Shown one piece after another: positions 25,060 to 37,620 of a DNA stretch of 64,000 nucleotides. Below the pieces are notes generated by a model that worked only from the letters and a program-made list of their open reading frames with translations, was not told where the DNA came from and ran no database searches. The translations under genes and the position numbers were made by a program. The stretch is from NCBI GenBank assembly GCA_951406725.2, contig OX597814.1, positions 217,496,001 to 217,560,000 of the forward strand, written 5' to 3'. Each line of letters begins with the position of its first letter. Position 1 is the stretch's first letter. This DNA comes from Octopus vulgaris. Taxonomy: Eukaryota.

Positions 25060-26568
25060 ATCAAATACAGAGAAATGAAGGAAACGATTTCAAAAGAGCA
25101 CTTCAGAAGGATCAAGTTGATACTGAAATCTAAGTTAAATTCTGGAAACATCAGAAAGTTGTAAAGGCAATAGATTCAAGGATTGTATCAGTTGTGAGAT
25201 ATGTGGTGGGTCACGTGAATAGGAACAAAGTGGAACTGCAAGATACTGATTGAAAAATTCAAGAAATAATGACAGTGTACAAGGCTTTGCATAAAATGGC
25301 AGATGTGGAGAGGCTGTACATGAAAATGGAGAAAGAGGATTGATCAGTGTGAAGGATTGTGCAGAGATGGAAGTGAAAAGTCACAATCAGCATGTTAGCA
25401 AAAGCACTGAAGAATGGCTAGCAGCAGTAAACAAGGCTAGCATGCTAGAAAGAGAAGCAAAATATGAAGTACTTGAAAAGAGAAAACATATTTATATGGA
25501 ACAATATTTATGGAACAATATTTATATGGAACAACATTTACACCCACAATTTATGAAGACTATTAAGACAGAAAAAGGCAAAGACACTTGGAAAAAGGGA
25601 ATTCTCATAAAAGAAACAGAAGAATTCATCATGGCAGCTCAGGATCAAGCCCTCTGGACAAATAGTGCAAAATATATATTTCGTTACTACCCACAAGGGG
25701 CTAAACACAGAGGGGATAAACAAGGACAGACAAACGGATTAAGTCGATTACATCGACCCCAGTGCGTAACTGGTACTTAATTTATCGACCCTGAAAGGAT
25801 GAAAGGCAGAGTCGACCTCGGCGGAATTTGAACTCAGAACATAACGGCAGACGAAATACGGCTACGCATTTCGCCCGGCGTGCTAACGTTTCTGCCAGCT
25901 CGCCACCTTATTAGTGTAAAATAGTGCAAAATATATGGCAGGGGTCAATGTGTTACCATTGCGCAGGTTGTGTGATGAACGAGAAGAAATAGTGACCCAC
26001 ATGGTAAGTAAAAGTTCCAAACTCACACAGAAACAATATAAATCTTGGAGACATGATAATGTTGCAAGGAACATTCACTGGAAAATGTGCAAGAAGTATG
26101 GACCTCCATCAGGACACAAGTGGTATGAAAATGTGACTGAGAATGATGAGGTGAAACTTCTTTAGGGCTTTCCTATCCAAACGTATCATGCCAAAGAGCA
26201 TAACAGGCCAGATACCTTGGTGTTTGAGACGAGGGAATGGACTTGCTACATAATTAATGTGGCCTACTGATTTGATACAAGAATAAGAGCAAAAGAAACC
26301 AAGGTAAATATATACCAGGGCTTGAAGAGAGAGATGACAGATTGTGGACTTGTGGAGAAAATAAGGTTGTACCAATTATCATTGGAGCCTTAGAATCAAT
26401 GGGGAAGAGGCTCAAAGAGTGGACTGAAAAGATTGGCTTGCAGAAGATCATGGAATACATGCAACTAGCCTGCTTATTAGGAATTTTAAAAATCATTCAA
26501 AAGTCTTTGGATGGCTGAGGTCATATTTAAATTCCATCATAGGAGCGAGGTACAAAAAATGTCCAAAC

Positions 26569-26570
<2 letters not shown>
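25060..26570 (+). mobile_element. Degenerate 3' part of a Dong/R4-type LINE, interrupted by a SINE
   Basis: Motifs ETEEFIMAAQDQAL and WRHDNVARNIHW, with an (AAT)n tail. The SINE at 25678-25918 has an 18-bp TSD, aaatagtgcaaaatatat. Confidence 0.85.
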
Positions 26571-26616
<46 letters not shown>

Positions 26617-26623
26617 AATAAAT

Positions 26624-27704
26624 GCCCTGATGCAGTACCAGACATAGGCTCTCATGGCTTCTGATCTTAACTGATTGGAAGTGTTATCGTGTACATTGTT
26701 TTGTCTTGCTATAAAAGATGGCCTACAGCAAATATTCTGCTCAAAACTACAGATTCACTTGTCAGTTGCTTGACCTTAACCATTTGAGCATATCCCTTGG
26801 CAGCTGATGATATGTGCATCTCTGATCATGTGTAGAAGTAATGGGGGAGCATCATAGCCATATATTGAGAGGAATTCTTTGGAATTTGGATAATTCACCT
26901 TTGGAAACAGGGGTGTTTTGTTCATCATCCTTAAACAACCCTTATTCAGAGACCTTTTGAGCAAGATGGGCTACTCGACCTGAAGAAAATTCTAACTGGG
27001 CTCCACCTGCAAAGTCATGTGCTGTTTATCTTGATATGAGATCATTAAGTCACATACATATGGTTGTGATGCATGTGCCTGGGGTACCCTTATCAGATGG
27101 GCAGTCATGATGGGTATACTGGGCTTCATATATTTTATTGCAGTGTCACTTTGATGGCATGCACAGCTCTCTCACTCAATAATAATGATAATTATAATAA
27201 TAATAATAATAATAATAATGTTATCAGGTACATTGTTTTGTCTTGGTATAAAAGATGGGCTACAGCAAATATTCTGCTCAATACCACAGATTTGCTTGTC
27301 AGTTGTTTGACCTTAACCAGTTGAGCATATCCCTTAGTGGCTGACGATATGTGCATCTCTGATCACGAGCAGAAATAGTGGGGAAGCATCATAGCCATGT
27401 GTTGAAAGGGATTCTTTGGGGTTTGAATGATTCTCCTCTGGAAACATGGGTGTTTCATTTAACATCCTTAATCAGGGACCTTTTGAGTGGGATGGGTTAC
27501 CCAACCAGAAGAAAATTCTAACTGGGCCCCACCTGCAAGGTCATGCGCTGTATATCTTGTTATGAGATCACCATGTCATGCACATATGGTTGTGATGCAT
27601 GTGCCTAGTGTACCCATATCAGACTGGTAGTCATGATGGGTATACTGGGCTTCGTATATTTGTACCCCAGTGTCACTTTGATGGCATGCACTGCTCCGTC
27701 ACTC

Positions 27705-27706
<2 letters not shown>
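26624..27706. mobile_element. Two tandem copies of the ~560-bp (AAT)n-associated repeat
   Basis: Copies at 26624-27180 and 27219-27706 (the second lacks its left end), separated by (AAT)n. Confidence 0.85.
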
Positions 27707-27759
<53 letters not shown>

Positions 27760-27762
<3 letters not shown>

Positions 27763-30410
27763 TGCAAATACTACATCACAGAAAAAGATTTACCTGAGAT
27801 AAAAGAAAAGCTAAAGCAAGATATCCTTGCCAAAGCACAAAGGATCCACCGGTATGAGAAACGCCAACGTTTCTTTGAACAGAACAAAAAGTTCAACTCC
27901 GACCCCAAAAAGTTCTACCAAGAACTTGGCAAAAATAAAATAGACATCACTGCAGCACCAACGGCAGAAGAAGTGGAAGGATTCTGGAAAGGAATATGGT
28001 CGGCGAATGAACAACCAAAAAAAAGGAGTATTGAAACAACAAACATAGCATCTGAGCTACTTTGGACCCCAAAAACAACTGAAGAGGTCACCCAGGCACT
28101 GCAAAGACTAAGCAACTGAAAGGCACCTGGGCATGACAAGATCCCCAACTTCTGGTTGAAATATCTACCAGGAATGCACAAAAAGCTGGCTGAAAATTTT
28201 AACAACATACTGGCAGAGCCAGAGACAATGCCTGAATGGCTCACGAAGGGGAAAACCATCTTAATTCCCAAATCAAATGAGACAGCAAAACCAGAAAACT
28301 ACAGACCTATAACCTGTCTCCCTACAATGTACAAAGCATTTACTGCAGTAATATCACAAAGATTAAACAAGCACCTGGACGAAAACAATCTGTTTCCAGA
28401 CAAGCAGAAAGGAAGCCGCAAAGGCTCATATGGCTGTAAAGATCAACTAATGATCAATAAAGCCATAACTGAAGACAGCCACAGAAAGAAGAAAGGCCTC
28501 AGTATGGCCTGGATTGACTACAAAAAGGCGTTTGATAGCATCCCCCAAACAGGGATCCTCGAAACGCTAGCCATTAACAAAGTAGCACCAACAATCATAA
28601 AATACATAGGACACTCTATGAATAAATGGCAAATAGTGCTACAGCTCCAAACAAAAGAGGGACTCATGAAAACCAAAGCCATCCCCATTAGAAGAGGAAT
28701 ATTCCAGGGAGACACACTCTCTCCACTCCTTTTCTGCTTGGCACTGTCACCTCTATCAGATATGCTAAACAGAACTGGTTGCGGATATAAATGTTACGGC
28801 AAAACGATCAGCCACCTTTTATATATGGATGCCCTAAAACTATACACTACAAATGACAAACAGCTGGAAACACTACTAAAGACAGTTCATGGATTTACCA
28901 AAGAAATAGATATGAAATTTGGATTAGAAAAATGCGCCAAAGTAACCCTGAAAAGAGGAAAACTAGTTAAGAGTAGCAACAGCACACTAGATAAAACCAA
29001 TGAAATAAAAGAATTAGACCAAAGCCAAACTTACAAATACTTAGGAATCCATGAACTAGATAAGACACAATACACACAAATGAAAAAGAAAATAAAGAAA
29101 GAATATTATAGACGAGTTAGATCAATACTAAAAACAGAGCTCAATGCTAAAAACAAGATAATAGGTATTAACACTTTAGCCATCCCAGTTATAAGTTACA
29201 GCTACAATATCCTTAACTGGACTCTAAATGAACTGACCAAAATAGATAGGAAAACAAGAAAAATAATGACAGGATCTAGGATGCATCACCCAAAATCTGA
29301 CATAGAAAGACTATATATACAACGTATAGAAGGTGGTAGAGGCCTTATACAGCTGGAAAACTACTATAAAATAACCACCATAGGACTGCAAAAATATCTA
29401 CTTCAGAAAGAAGGAAAATTGATCTAGATAGCGGCAAAACACGAGCAAAACAAAAAACTGTTCTCAGTATTTAAGGAAGCTGACAAATACAAACAAGAAA
29501 TCATACCACCTAATAAACACAAAGAAGAAGAAGAAGATGATGAAGAAACAACAAAAGCTATAAAACAAATGAAATCCAAACTAAAAACAGAACAGCAACG
29601 AACCATGATAAAACGATGGCAAGAAAAGCCCATTCATGGTAAATACTGGACTAAACTAAACGCAAAAGAAATAGACAAAGAAAAATCCCAGCAATGGTTG
29701 AGAAGCTCAGGACTCAAAGCAGAAACAGAGGGATTTTTAATTGCAGCACAAGACCAAAGCCTCCCCATCAGAAATTACCAAAAAACATGTAATGAAAAGA
29801 AATATAACAAGTAATTGCAGAATATGTGGAGATGGACAAGAAACAATAAATCATATTATCTCTGGCTGCCCAGTCCTGGCTAAGAAGGAATATATTCACA
29901 GACATGACAGAGTTGGAACCTACATACACTGGAAGCTATGCCAACATTATGGAATAACAACAGAAAAAAGATGGTATAGGCACACACCAGAAAAGGTCAC
30001 AGAAAACGAGAAAGCAACCATACTCTGGGATATTCTACCATATTCTGAGCGCCTTGTTTCCCTGGGCATGGATTCACTGAAGCTCCGGAGTTTGGCGACG
30101 GACTTGGTAAACACCCACAAAGTTATCAACCACCTCACCAACAACAACACTGAACACCTTTTTGATCTCCATGTGTCTAACACACGTGGACATGCCTACA
30201 AAGTCAGAAAACAATACAGCTCCCATGACTTTCGGAAACATTTTTTCACGCTCAGAGTTGCTGAAGCATGGAATAAACTGCCTGCGTCAGTTGTTGACTG
30301 CCATGACACTGCATCTTTTAAGGCCCTCATGCTTTCCGAAATCCGCCGAAACTACACCTGATTATATATACACTTTATATGAGTTGTAGTGCACCTGAGC
30401 ACTGTACACA

Positions 30411-30456
<46 letters not shown>

Positions 30457-30898
30457 GCCAATACACACAGATAGAGAAATTAAGGCTAACAGACCAGATA
30501 TAGTTGTCAGAGATCATGAAGAAAAAAATGCTTTCTAATTGATGTATCAATACCAGCGGATGACATGTCTCTAAAAGAAATGGAGAAACTTTCAAAATAC
30601 AAAGACCTGGAAATAGAGGTAACCAGAATGTGGAACCTGAAAACAGAAACAATTCCTATCATAGTAGGTGCATTAGGCATGATAAAAAAATATTCAGACA
30701 AATACATAACAAAAACACCAGGACTTACAAACACATATAACATACAGAAAATTGCACTACTAGGCACTGCACACATCCTACGCAGAACACTTTCCATACA
30801 ATAACCATCAGAGCATCACAACAAACCACAGCACATACCCAAGGCACACAGAGCTATGCTCGGTAGTGAAGTGAAAGCACGCTATAAAAATAAAACTA

Positions 30899-30903
<5 letters not shown>
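27760..30903 (+). mobile_element. 5'-truncated Dong/R4-clade non-LTR retrotransposon (RT, CCHC finger, restriction-like endonuclease)
   Basis: RT motifs NYRPITCL, WIDYKKAFDS, GIFQGDTLSP and YMDA (mutated YMDD); zinc knuckle CRICG...HIISGC; RLE RPDIV...IDVSIP...KYKDL. (TAA)n at both ends; stops and frameshifts present. Confidence 0.95.
30034..30452 (+). mobile_element. 5'-truncated CR1-type LINE 3' end nested in the Dong element
   Basis: LPYSERL...TRGHAYK...RKHFFTLRVAEAWNKLP followed by an (ATT)n tail. The host WDMPIHTD sequence resumes after it; ATAT flanks both sides. Confidence 0.9.
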
Positions 30904-30952
<49 letters not shown>

Positions 30953-31065
30953 CATTACATCTCAACAAACACACACATACAAAATGACATTCTTTACTTT
31001 TTCATTTCTGTCTATATTCCCTATATTCTATATTCTATATTTTTTCCCTATATTCTATGTTTTAG

Positions 31066-31156
31066 TGAGCATGGCAGTGACAGTTTCCCACTTTCAAGGA
31101 AAGCCAATGGTTTTGAACCGGAAATCATGAATGCGTATGCTTATGACAATAAAGCT
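31066..31156 (+). CDS. Mucin exon: cytoplasmic tail 1 (S-EHGSDSFPLSRKANGFEPEIMNAYAYDNKA)
   Basis: Long pyrimidine tract plus tttag acceptor; GCT|gtaaga donor; phase 2 in, 0 out; open frame. Confidence 0.8.
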
Positions 31157-31267
31157 GTAAGAACTCTATCTTTATAACATATCACAATTTTCGTTTGCAA
31201 GTCTAAATGATTTCTTCTTCTTCTTCTTCTTCTTCTTCTTCTTCTTCTTCTTCTTCTTCTTCTTCTG

Positions 31268-31520
31268 TGAAGGCGCATGGCTCAGTGGTTAGAGAGTCGA
31301 GCTTATGATCGTGAGGTTGTGAGTTCGATTCCCGGACCGGACTGCATGTTGTGTTCTTGAGCAAGACACTTTATTTCACGTTGCTCCAGTTCACTCAGCT
31401 GTAGAAATGAGTTGCAACGTCACAGGTGCCAAGCTGTATCGGCCCCTTTGCCTTTCCCTTGGATAACATTTGTGGCAAAAATGGTGCAATCCCATGGTCA
31501 TTCATGACCGAAGGGGGTCT
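31268..31520 (+). mobile_element. tRNA-derived SINE
   Basis: tggctcagtggttag A box and gttcgattcc B box; same family as 5003-5320. Confidence 0.8.
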
Positions 31521-32098
31521 CCTCCTTTTATTATTATTATGATTATTAGGCACAAGGCCTGAAATTTTGGTGAGGGGGATAGTCCATTACTCAACTGATA
31601 CATATTTTATCATCCCTAAAAGAATGGATGGGCAAACTCCGCCAAGGTCAACTTTGCCTTTCATTCTTTCGGGGTCAATAAAATGAATACCAGCTAAGCA
31701 CTGAGGTCTATGTAATCAACTTACCCCTCTCTCAAAATTGCTGGCCTTGTGCAAAAACTTGAAAACATAAGGCAGCAAGCTCAAAGCCATCATTAGCATG
31801 CCTGACAAATTGCTAAGCAGCATTTTGCCTGTCTTTACATTCTGAGTTCAAATTCTGACAAGGTCTATTTTGCCTTTCATCCTTTTAAAGTCAATAAAAT
31901 ATGTACCTGTTGAACTTTTCGATTGATGCAATCGACTTATCCCTTCAACTGATACTTATTTAATTGACCCTGAAAGGATGCAAGGCAAAGTCAATGTTGG
32001 AGTAATTTGAACCCAAGACATAAAGACAGATGAAATGCCACTGTCCAGGGTGCAAATGATTCTGCCCAGCTCACCATCTTAATATCCTTTATAAATAA

Positions 32099-32610
32099 CT
32101 AGCAGTACCGCCCGGCGTTGCTCGGGTTTGTAAGGGAAATAACTATATAAGCATTTTTAGAGAGTTACTTTCCTTATAGATGCCAATTCGGGCTTTCTTA
32201 GCCATTTCTGTTTTGGTGTCTTCAAGCCATGAAGTCGTTGTTCTAAGAACGCTGGTCTCCTTGACAACACTTTACGACGTTGATTTCCTTACACTCCCTT
32301 TCCCACAGCTTCACGAGGGAGGGAAGAAGGGGAGAAGCAAACACAGGTGCAGGTGTTTGAGCGTGGACGCCAACTCCGCCGCCATCGGCACACGAAAAAT
32401 TATGCATTAAAATGGAATAAAAAATGATGTTAAATTATTTTTAAAATCGTAGACTCATCGTAGACGCGCGCTAATAGCCAGACGGGCTCAATATTAATCA
32501 CGACTATAAGATACCCGAATTTGGTTAAACTGCACCGCAAAATGTGGGAGTAGTTAGGAATCTAAATCGAAGGGGACAGACACTCACACAACTAGAGTTT
32601 TATATATAGA
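32099..32610 (-). mobile_element. Non-autonomous Helitron
   Basis: Minus strand reads A|TCTATATATAAAA ... cccgagcaacgccggg hairpin, then CTAG|T. Homologous to 17910-18702. Confidence 0.88.
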
Positions 32611-32699
32611 TATGCTTTTTAATGATATTTAAGGATTTAATCTCCTGATATAATTTGATTTCCTTTTTATAATTTTGTTAATATTTTATCCGAATGAAG

Positions 32700-32825
32700 A
32701 TGTCACACACTGAATACGATGAACAAGCTAATTATGAGTCACAACAACAACAACAACAGAGTCCAGTATACTATGCTCAAAGTGAATTCAGACCAAACTT
32801 GAGCCATATTGACACTGCTAAAGAT
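32700..32825 (+). CDS. Mucin exon: cytoplasmic tail 2 (MSHTEYDEQANYESQQQQQQSPVYYAQSEFRPNLSHIDTAKD)
   Basis: AAG acceptor after a T-rich tract; GAT|gtaagt donor; 126 nt, phase 0/0. The FRPNLSHID motif resembles MUC3-family tails. Confidence 0.8.
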
Positions 32826-33003
32826 GTAAGTATTTAAATCAACAACTAATAACCATCATTTTAAGAATGTTCTAATTTATTCATTTAACATTGTTGTTTA
32901 GGAGTCAGTGCAAAAACACTTACTTAGTGCTGAGTCTTTTTTCCAAGCAAATCTTAAACTTCAAAATCAATTTCACAGGGAGTTGACACTGAGAGAGGGA
33001 TGA

Positions 33004-33050
<47 letters not shown>

Positions 33051-33502
33051 GACAGACAGCAGAGACAGCTTTATTAAGCGGCAGTAAAATTTATATGGAT
33101 TTATGTGTGGTATACACACACAATATATGTGTGTGTGTGTTATATATATATATATATATATATAACATAAGGGACTAAAGCCATCTGAATATGGCTAGGG
33201 ACAGGGCAGGGTGGTGGGGGTGTTACTGTTGCATTTACATCGGGGAATTACCTCCCTTTGCAGGTTAAAGGACACCGTGACGGTGTCGGGCCTTTCTGGT
33301 GACGTCGATGTTCGCCTGGGGCTAAATGCAACAGTAACACCCCCACCACCCTGCCCTGTCCCTAGCCATATTCAGATGGCTTTAGTCCCTTATGTTATCG
33401 AGCAGTTACTGTCTATATCTCTTTTAGAGAATTATTATTGCTATATATATATATATATAATACAATTAAGGGCTCCTAAATTAGGATGCCGAGTACTGCC
33501 GA

Positions 33503-33554
<52 letters not shown>

Positions 33555-33657
33555 ATATACATATATATATAAATCTGTGATAGCTTTGATAGGTTTCGGC
33601 CAGTATAGGCCCCAGGCCATGTCTAACTCAATAGCGCCACCTGGTAAAGTCTTTTAG

Positions 33658-34890
33658 TCATATATGGGGCACTGTGGCCAACTCTAGCAAAGAGTTATTA
33701 CTGTTGGAGATATATCCGGGTATAGGAGGTTGGTCCGGGATTTTTTTGAAGAAATTTGTCCACTGACACATTTGAATTTTATGGGATCCGTTTCTGTGTT
33801 TCATGTATTTTGGTATCAAAGAGAACAGGACCGGTTGAGGTATAGTAATTGTGATGTAATGTTGCGATGTGTACCGAGTTTGATTTTTGTAGTCAGCCTG
33901 TGTTGGAGAGAGTAGAGATTGAGATTTTTTAGTTGACCCCAATAATCAATGCCTCTCATGCCATCTATCTTTCTTGTTATTGACCTCTGGAGTTGCTTCG
34001 TATAGAGGGGCCACAAAGGGCAACAGTATTCAAGGTGAGGTTGGGCAAAAGTGGTGTAGAGAAGGATGATGGTGTAGGCATCACTTGACCAGAAAGTTCT
34101 CAGAATCCAGGAGCACATCTTGCGGGCCAAGTCAACCTTCATATGAGGAGACCACAGTGGGCAACAGTACTCAAGGTGGGGTCGGGCCAAAGTAGAGTAG
34201 AGAAGGATGATGGTGTGGGTATCCCCAGACCGACTTGCGGGCCAAGTCAACCTTGCTGTTTACGTGGGAACTCCGGCTTAGATTGTTATCAACAATTACT
34301 ACAAGGTCTCTGGTATTGCTGGATGACACTAGGGAGTCGCCTGAGGGGAAAGCATATGGTAATTTCAGAGTTTCCTCTTTTCCAAAGTGGATCAAATCAA
34401 ACTTGTCTTCATTTAGAAGCATATTATTTTTTTCTGCCCATTGGACAATAGCAAATAGATCTGACTGAAGGCATGTTCAGTCTCCCATGCCATTTATGGC
34501 TTTCTGGAGTTTGGAATCATCTTCAAAATTTTCAATGTAGAATGTTTGATGACAACTATGTCGTTGATGTAAATAATGAAGAGGAGTGGGCCCAACACAG
34601 TACCTTGCAGGACACCACTACTGACTTTGGCTGGGCTGGATCGTATTCCCTCGAACACATGTTGGGCTCTGTTCGTTGGGAAACACTTTATCCACTGCAG
34701 CACCTTTCCATGGACTCCAATGCTGGACAGTTTCTTCAGCAGAGTTTTGTGGTCCTCTCTGTCAAATGCCTTGCTGAAATCAATGTGTATGATGTCGGTA
34801 TTGGAGCCTTCTCCCAACGCTTTTAAGATGTCACCAAAATGGTGCAGAAGCTGCAACTGACAGTCCTTGCCATCACGGAAACCATGCTGC
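33658..34890 (-). mobile_element. Degenerate CR1/L2-type LINE RT fragment with an internal duplication
   Basis: QHGFR, IDFSKAFD and GVLQGTVLGPLLFIIYIND. PHLEYCCPLW occurs twice. Confidence 0.9.
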
Positions 34891-35142
34891 AGATATATAT
34901 ATATTTCCTTATTGCCCACAGGGGACTAAACATAGAGGGGACAAACAAAGGGTTTAAGTCAATTACATCGACCCCAGTGAGTAACTGGTACTTATTTAAT
35001 TCACCCTGAAAGGATGAAAGGCAAAGTCGACCTTGGCGGAGTTTGAACTCAGAATGTAACAGCAGACGAAATACTGCAAAGCATTTCACCTGGCGTGCAA
35101 ACGATTCTGCCAGCTCGCCACCCTATATATACATATATGTAC

Positions 35143-35212
<70 letters not shown>

Positions 35213-35377
35213 CATCATCATCATTGTTCGACCGTGGTCGAGACAATGGAATTTACCATGCTACGCCAGACTTCACGGTCCATCATGGCATTACGGAGGT
35301 CCTGTTGCTGGATGCCTGTATCCCTGGAGATTACATCAGGGTAGGAGAGTGTGCGCCCTCTGGTATTGCGAGTAGAG

Positions 35378-35424
<47 letters not shown>

Positions 35425-35462
35425 GTGTGTGTGTGTATATATATATATGTATGTATATATAC

Positions 35463-35530
<68 letters not shown>

Positions 35531-35992
35531 TTGTGTGTATGTATTAACCACCTAAGGGATATTAAATATCCAAAGAATTTACTAGCTTTTTTTTTACCTA
35601 TATAAATAACAATGTTATGAACTATGTATAAAAAATAAAATTGAATTGAATTCGTGGCCGGTTGCCAGCTCTGCCTGGCCCCGTGTCGGTGGCACGTAAA
35701 AGCACCATCCGTTCGTGGCCGTTCGCCAGCTCTGTCTGGCACCTGTGCAGGTGGCACGTAAAAAACACCCACTACACTCGCGGAGTGGTTGGCGTTAGGA
35801 AGGGCATCCAGCCGTAGAAACACTGCCAGATCTGACTGGGCCTGACGAAGCCTTCCAGCTTCACAGACCCCAGTTGACCCGTCCAACCCATGCTAGCATG
35901 GAAAGCGGACGCTAAACGATGATGATGATGATGATGATTTAATGATTAAATTATTTAATTGTTCAATTTGTCATTTTGGTCTCCATTGCTAA

Positions 35993-36038
<46 letters not shown>

Positions 36039-36344
36039 AGTGCTATTAAAGGTAAATTTCCAAATTAGGTTGGTAGGGATATACAATCCTTGCGGGTACC
36101 ATTTCACTTTTACCGGTTAATAATGCTGGCTAACCTCCATGAGTGTAGAAAAATTCCAGTTAGTTTATTTTACTATTGCTAGCAGCTCTTCACATTGGTA
36201 AATCCATGTCTCTATAGAGACTGCATGTTGTTGGTAGAGAAGAAATATCAAATTGATAAAGAGAACAGAGATTTTTAGATTCAGTTTTATTCTTCAGTCA
36301 GTTATGTCTTTCCATTTCTGCAGAAACGGATTATTATCAATTTT

Positions 36345-37620
36345 TTCATCATCATCGTTTAACATCTGTTGTCCGTGCTGGCATGGGTTGGATGGTTTGA
36401 ATGGGCTGGCATGCTGGAAGGCTACACCAGACTCCAGTCTGATTTGGTATGGTTTTCTACTGCTACATTCCCTTCCTAATGCCAACCACTCCATGAGTGT
36501 AATGGGTGCTTTTACATACCACTTACATGGGTGCCATTTGCATGACACCGGGATGCGTTTATGTGCCACTGGCCACGATTGCAATTCTGCTTGGCTTGAT
36601 GGGTCTTCTTCTCAAGCACAACATAATGCCAAAGGTCTTGGTTCTTGCCTCCATGAGGCCTGCTTCCATGAGGCCTGCTTCCGTGAGGCCTGCCTCCATG
36701 AGGCCCAACACTCAAAAGGAACTCAGCCATCTTGCCTCCATCAGGCCGAATACTCGAAAGGAACTCAGCCACTTTGCCTCTGTGAGCCCCAACGTTCAAA
36801 AAATGCTCTTTACATGCCACCAGCACAGGTGCACTTGACTTGGCAGGTCCTCTCAATCACAGCACATTGCCAAAGGTCTCGATCGCTATTTATTGCCTCT
36901 GTGAGGCTCAAAGTTTGAAGATCATGCTTCACCACATCATCCCATGTCTTCCTGGGTCTACCTCTATCACAGGGTCCTTCCACAGTTAAAGATCGGCACT
37001 TCTTTATACAGCTGTCCTCGTCCAAACATAACATGACCACACCAGTGTAGTCATCTCTCTTGCACACCTCATATGATGCCTCTTATGCCTAACTTCTCTC
37101 TCAAGGTGCTTACACTCTGTTGAACATGCACACTGACATTGCACATCCAGCAAAGTATACTGGCTTCATTTCTTTCAAGCCTACACATGTCCTTGGCTGT
37201 CATAGCCTATGTTTCATTGTCATGCAGCATGGCTGTTCGCACACAGGCATCAAACAATCTGCCTTTCACTCTTAGGGAAAGGCTCTTAGTCGCCAGCAGG
37301 GGTAGGAGCTCTCTGAACTTTGCTCAGCTTAATCTTATTCTCACAGCTACACTCTCAGAGCATCTACCTCCACTACTAACTTGGTCACTTAAATAACAGA
37401 AGCTATCTACTACCTCTAGCTTGCCCCACTGGCAGGTGATGGAGTCTATTTTCTGCACATTTTCAGCGTTTATTGTACCTGTGAACCTTCCACGTACAAA
37501 ATTTAGTTTCCCTGTTAACCTTCCTTTGATGTTGCTGCAACTTTTTGTGTCCAAAGCTTTCATTGTATCATATGGAGTTTCTACCTACACCTTTTTTACG
37601 GATTGAGCAGGGCCATCTAC
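36345..37620 (-). mobile_element. 5'-truncated RTE LINE (RT C-terminus plus 3' UTR)
   Basis: LEVVDSFCYL and VEGPCDRGRPRKTW motifs; tail ending in (GAT)n. Confidence 0.85.

Noticed and set aside
28156-29427. 423-aa RT ORF as an active or domesticated gene
   Set aside because: Catalytic YMDD is mutated to YMDA, the element is 5'-truncated, and stops, frameshifts and a nested CR1 surround it.
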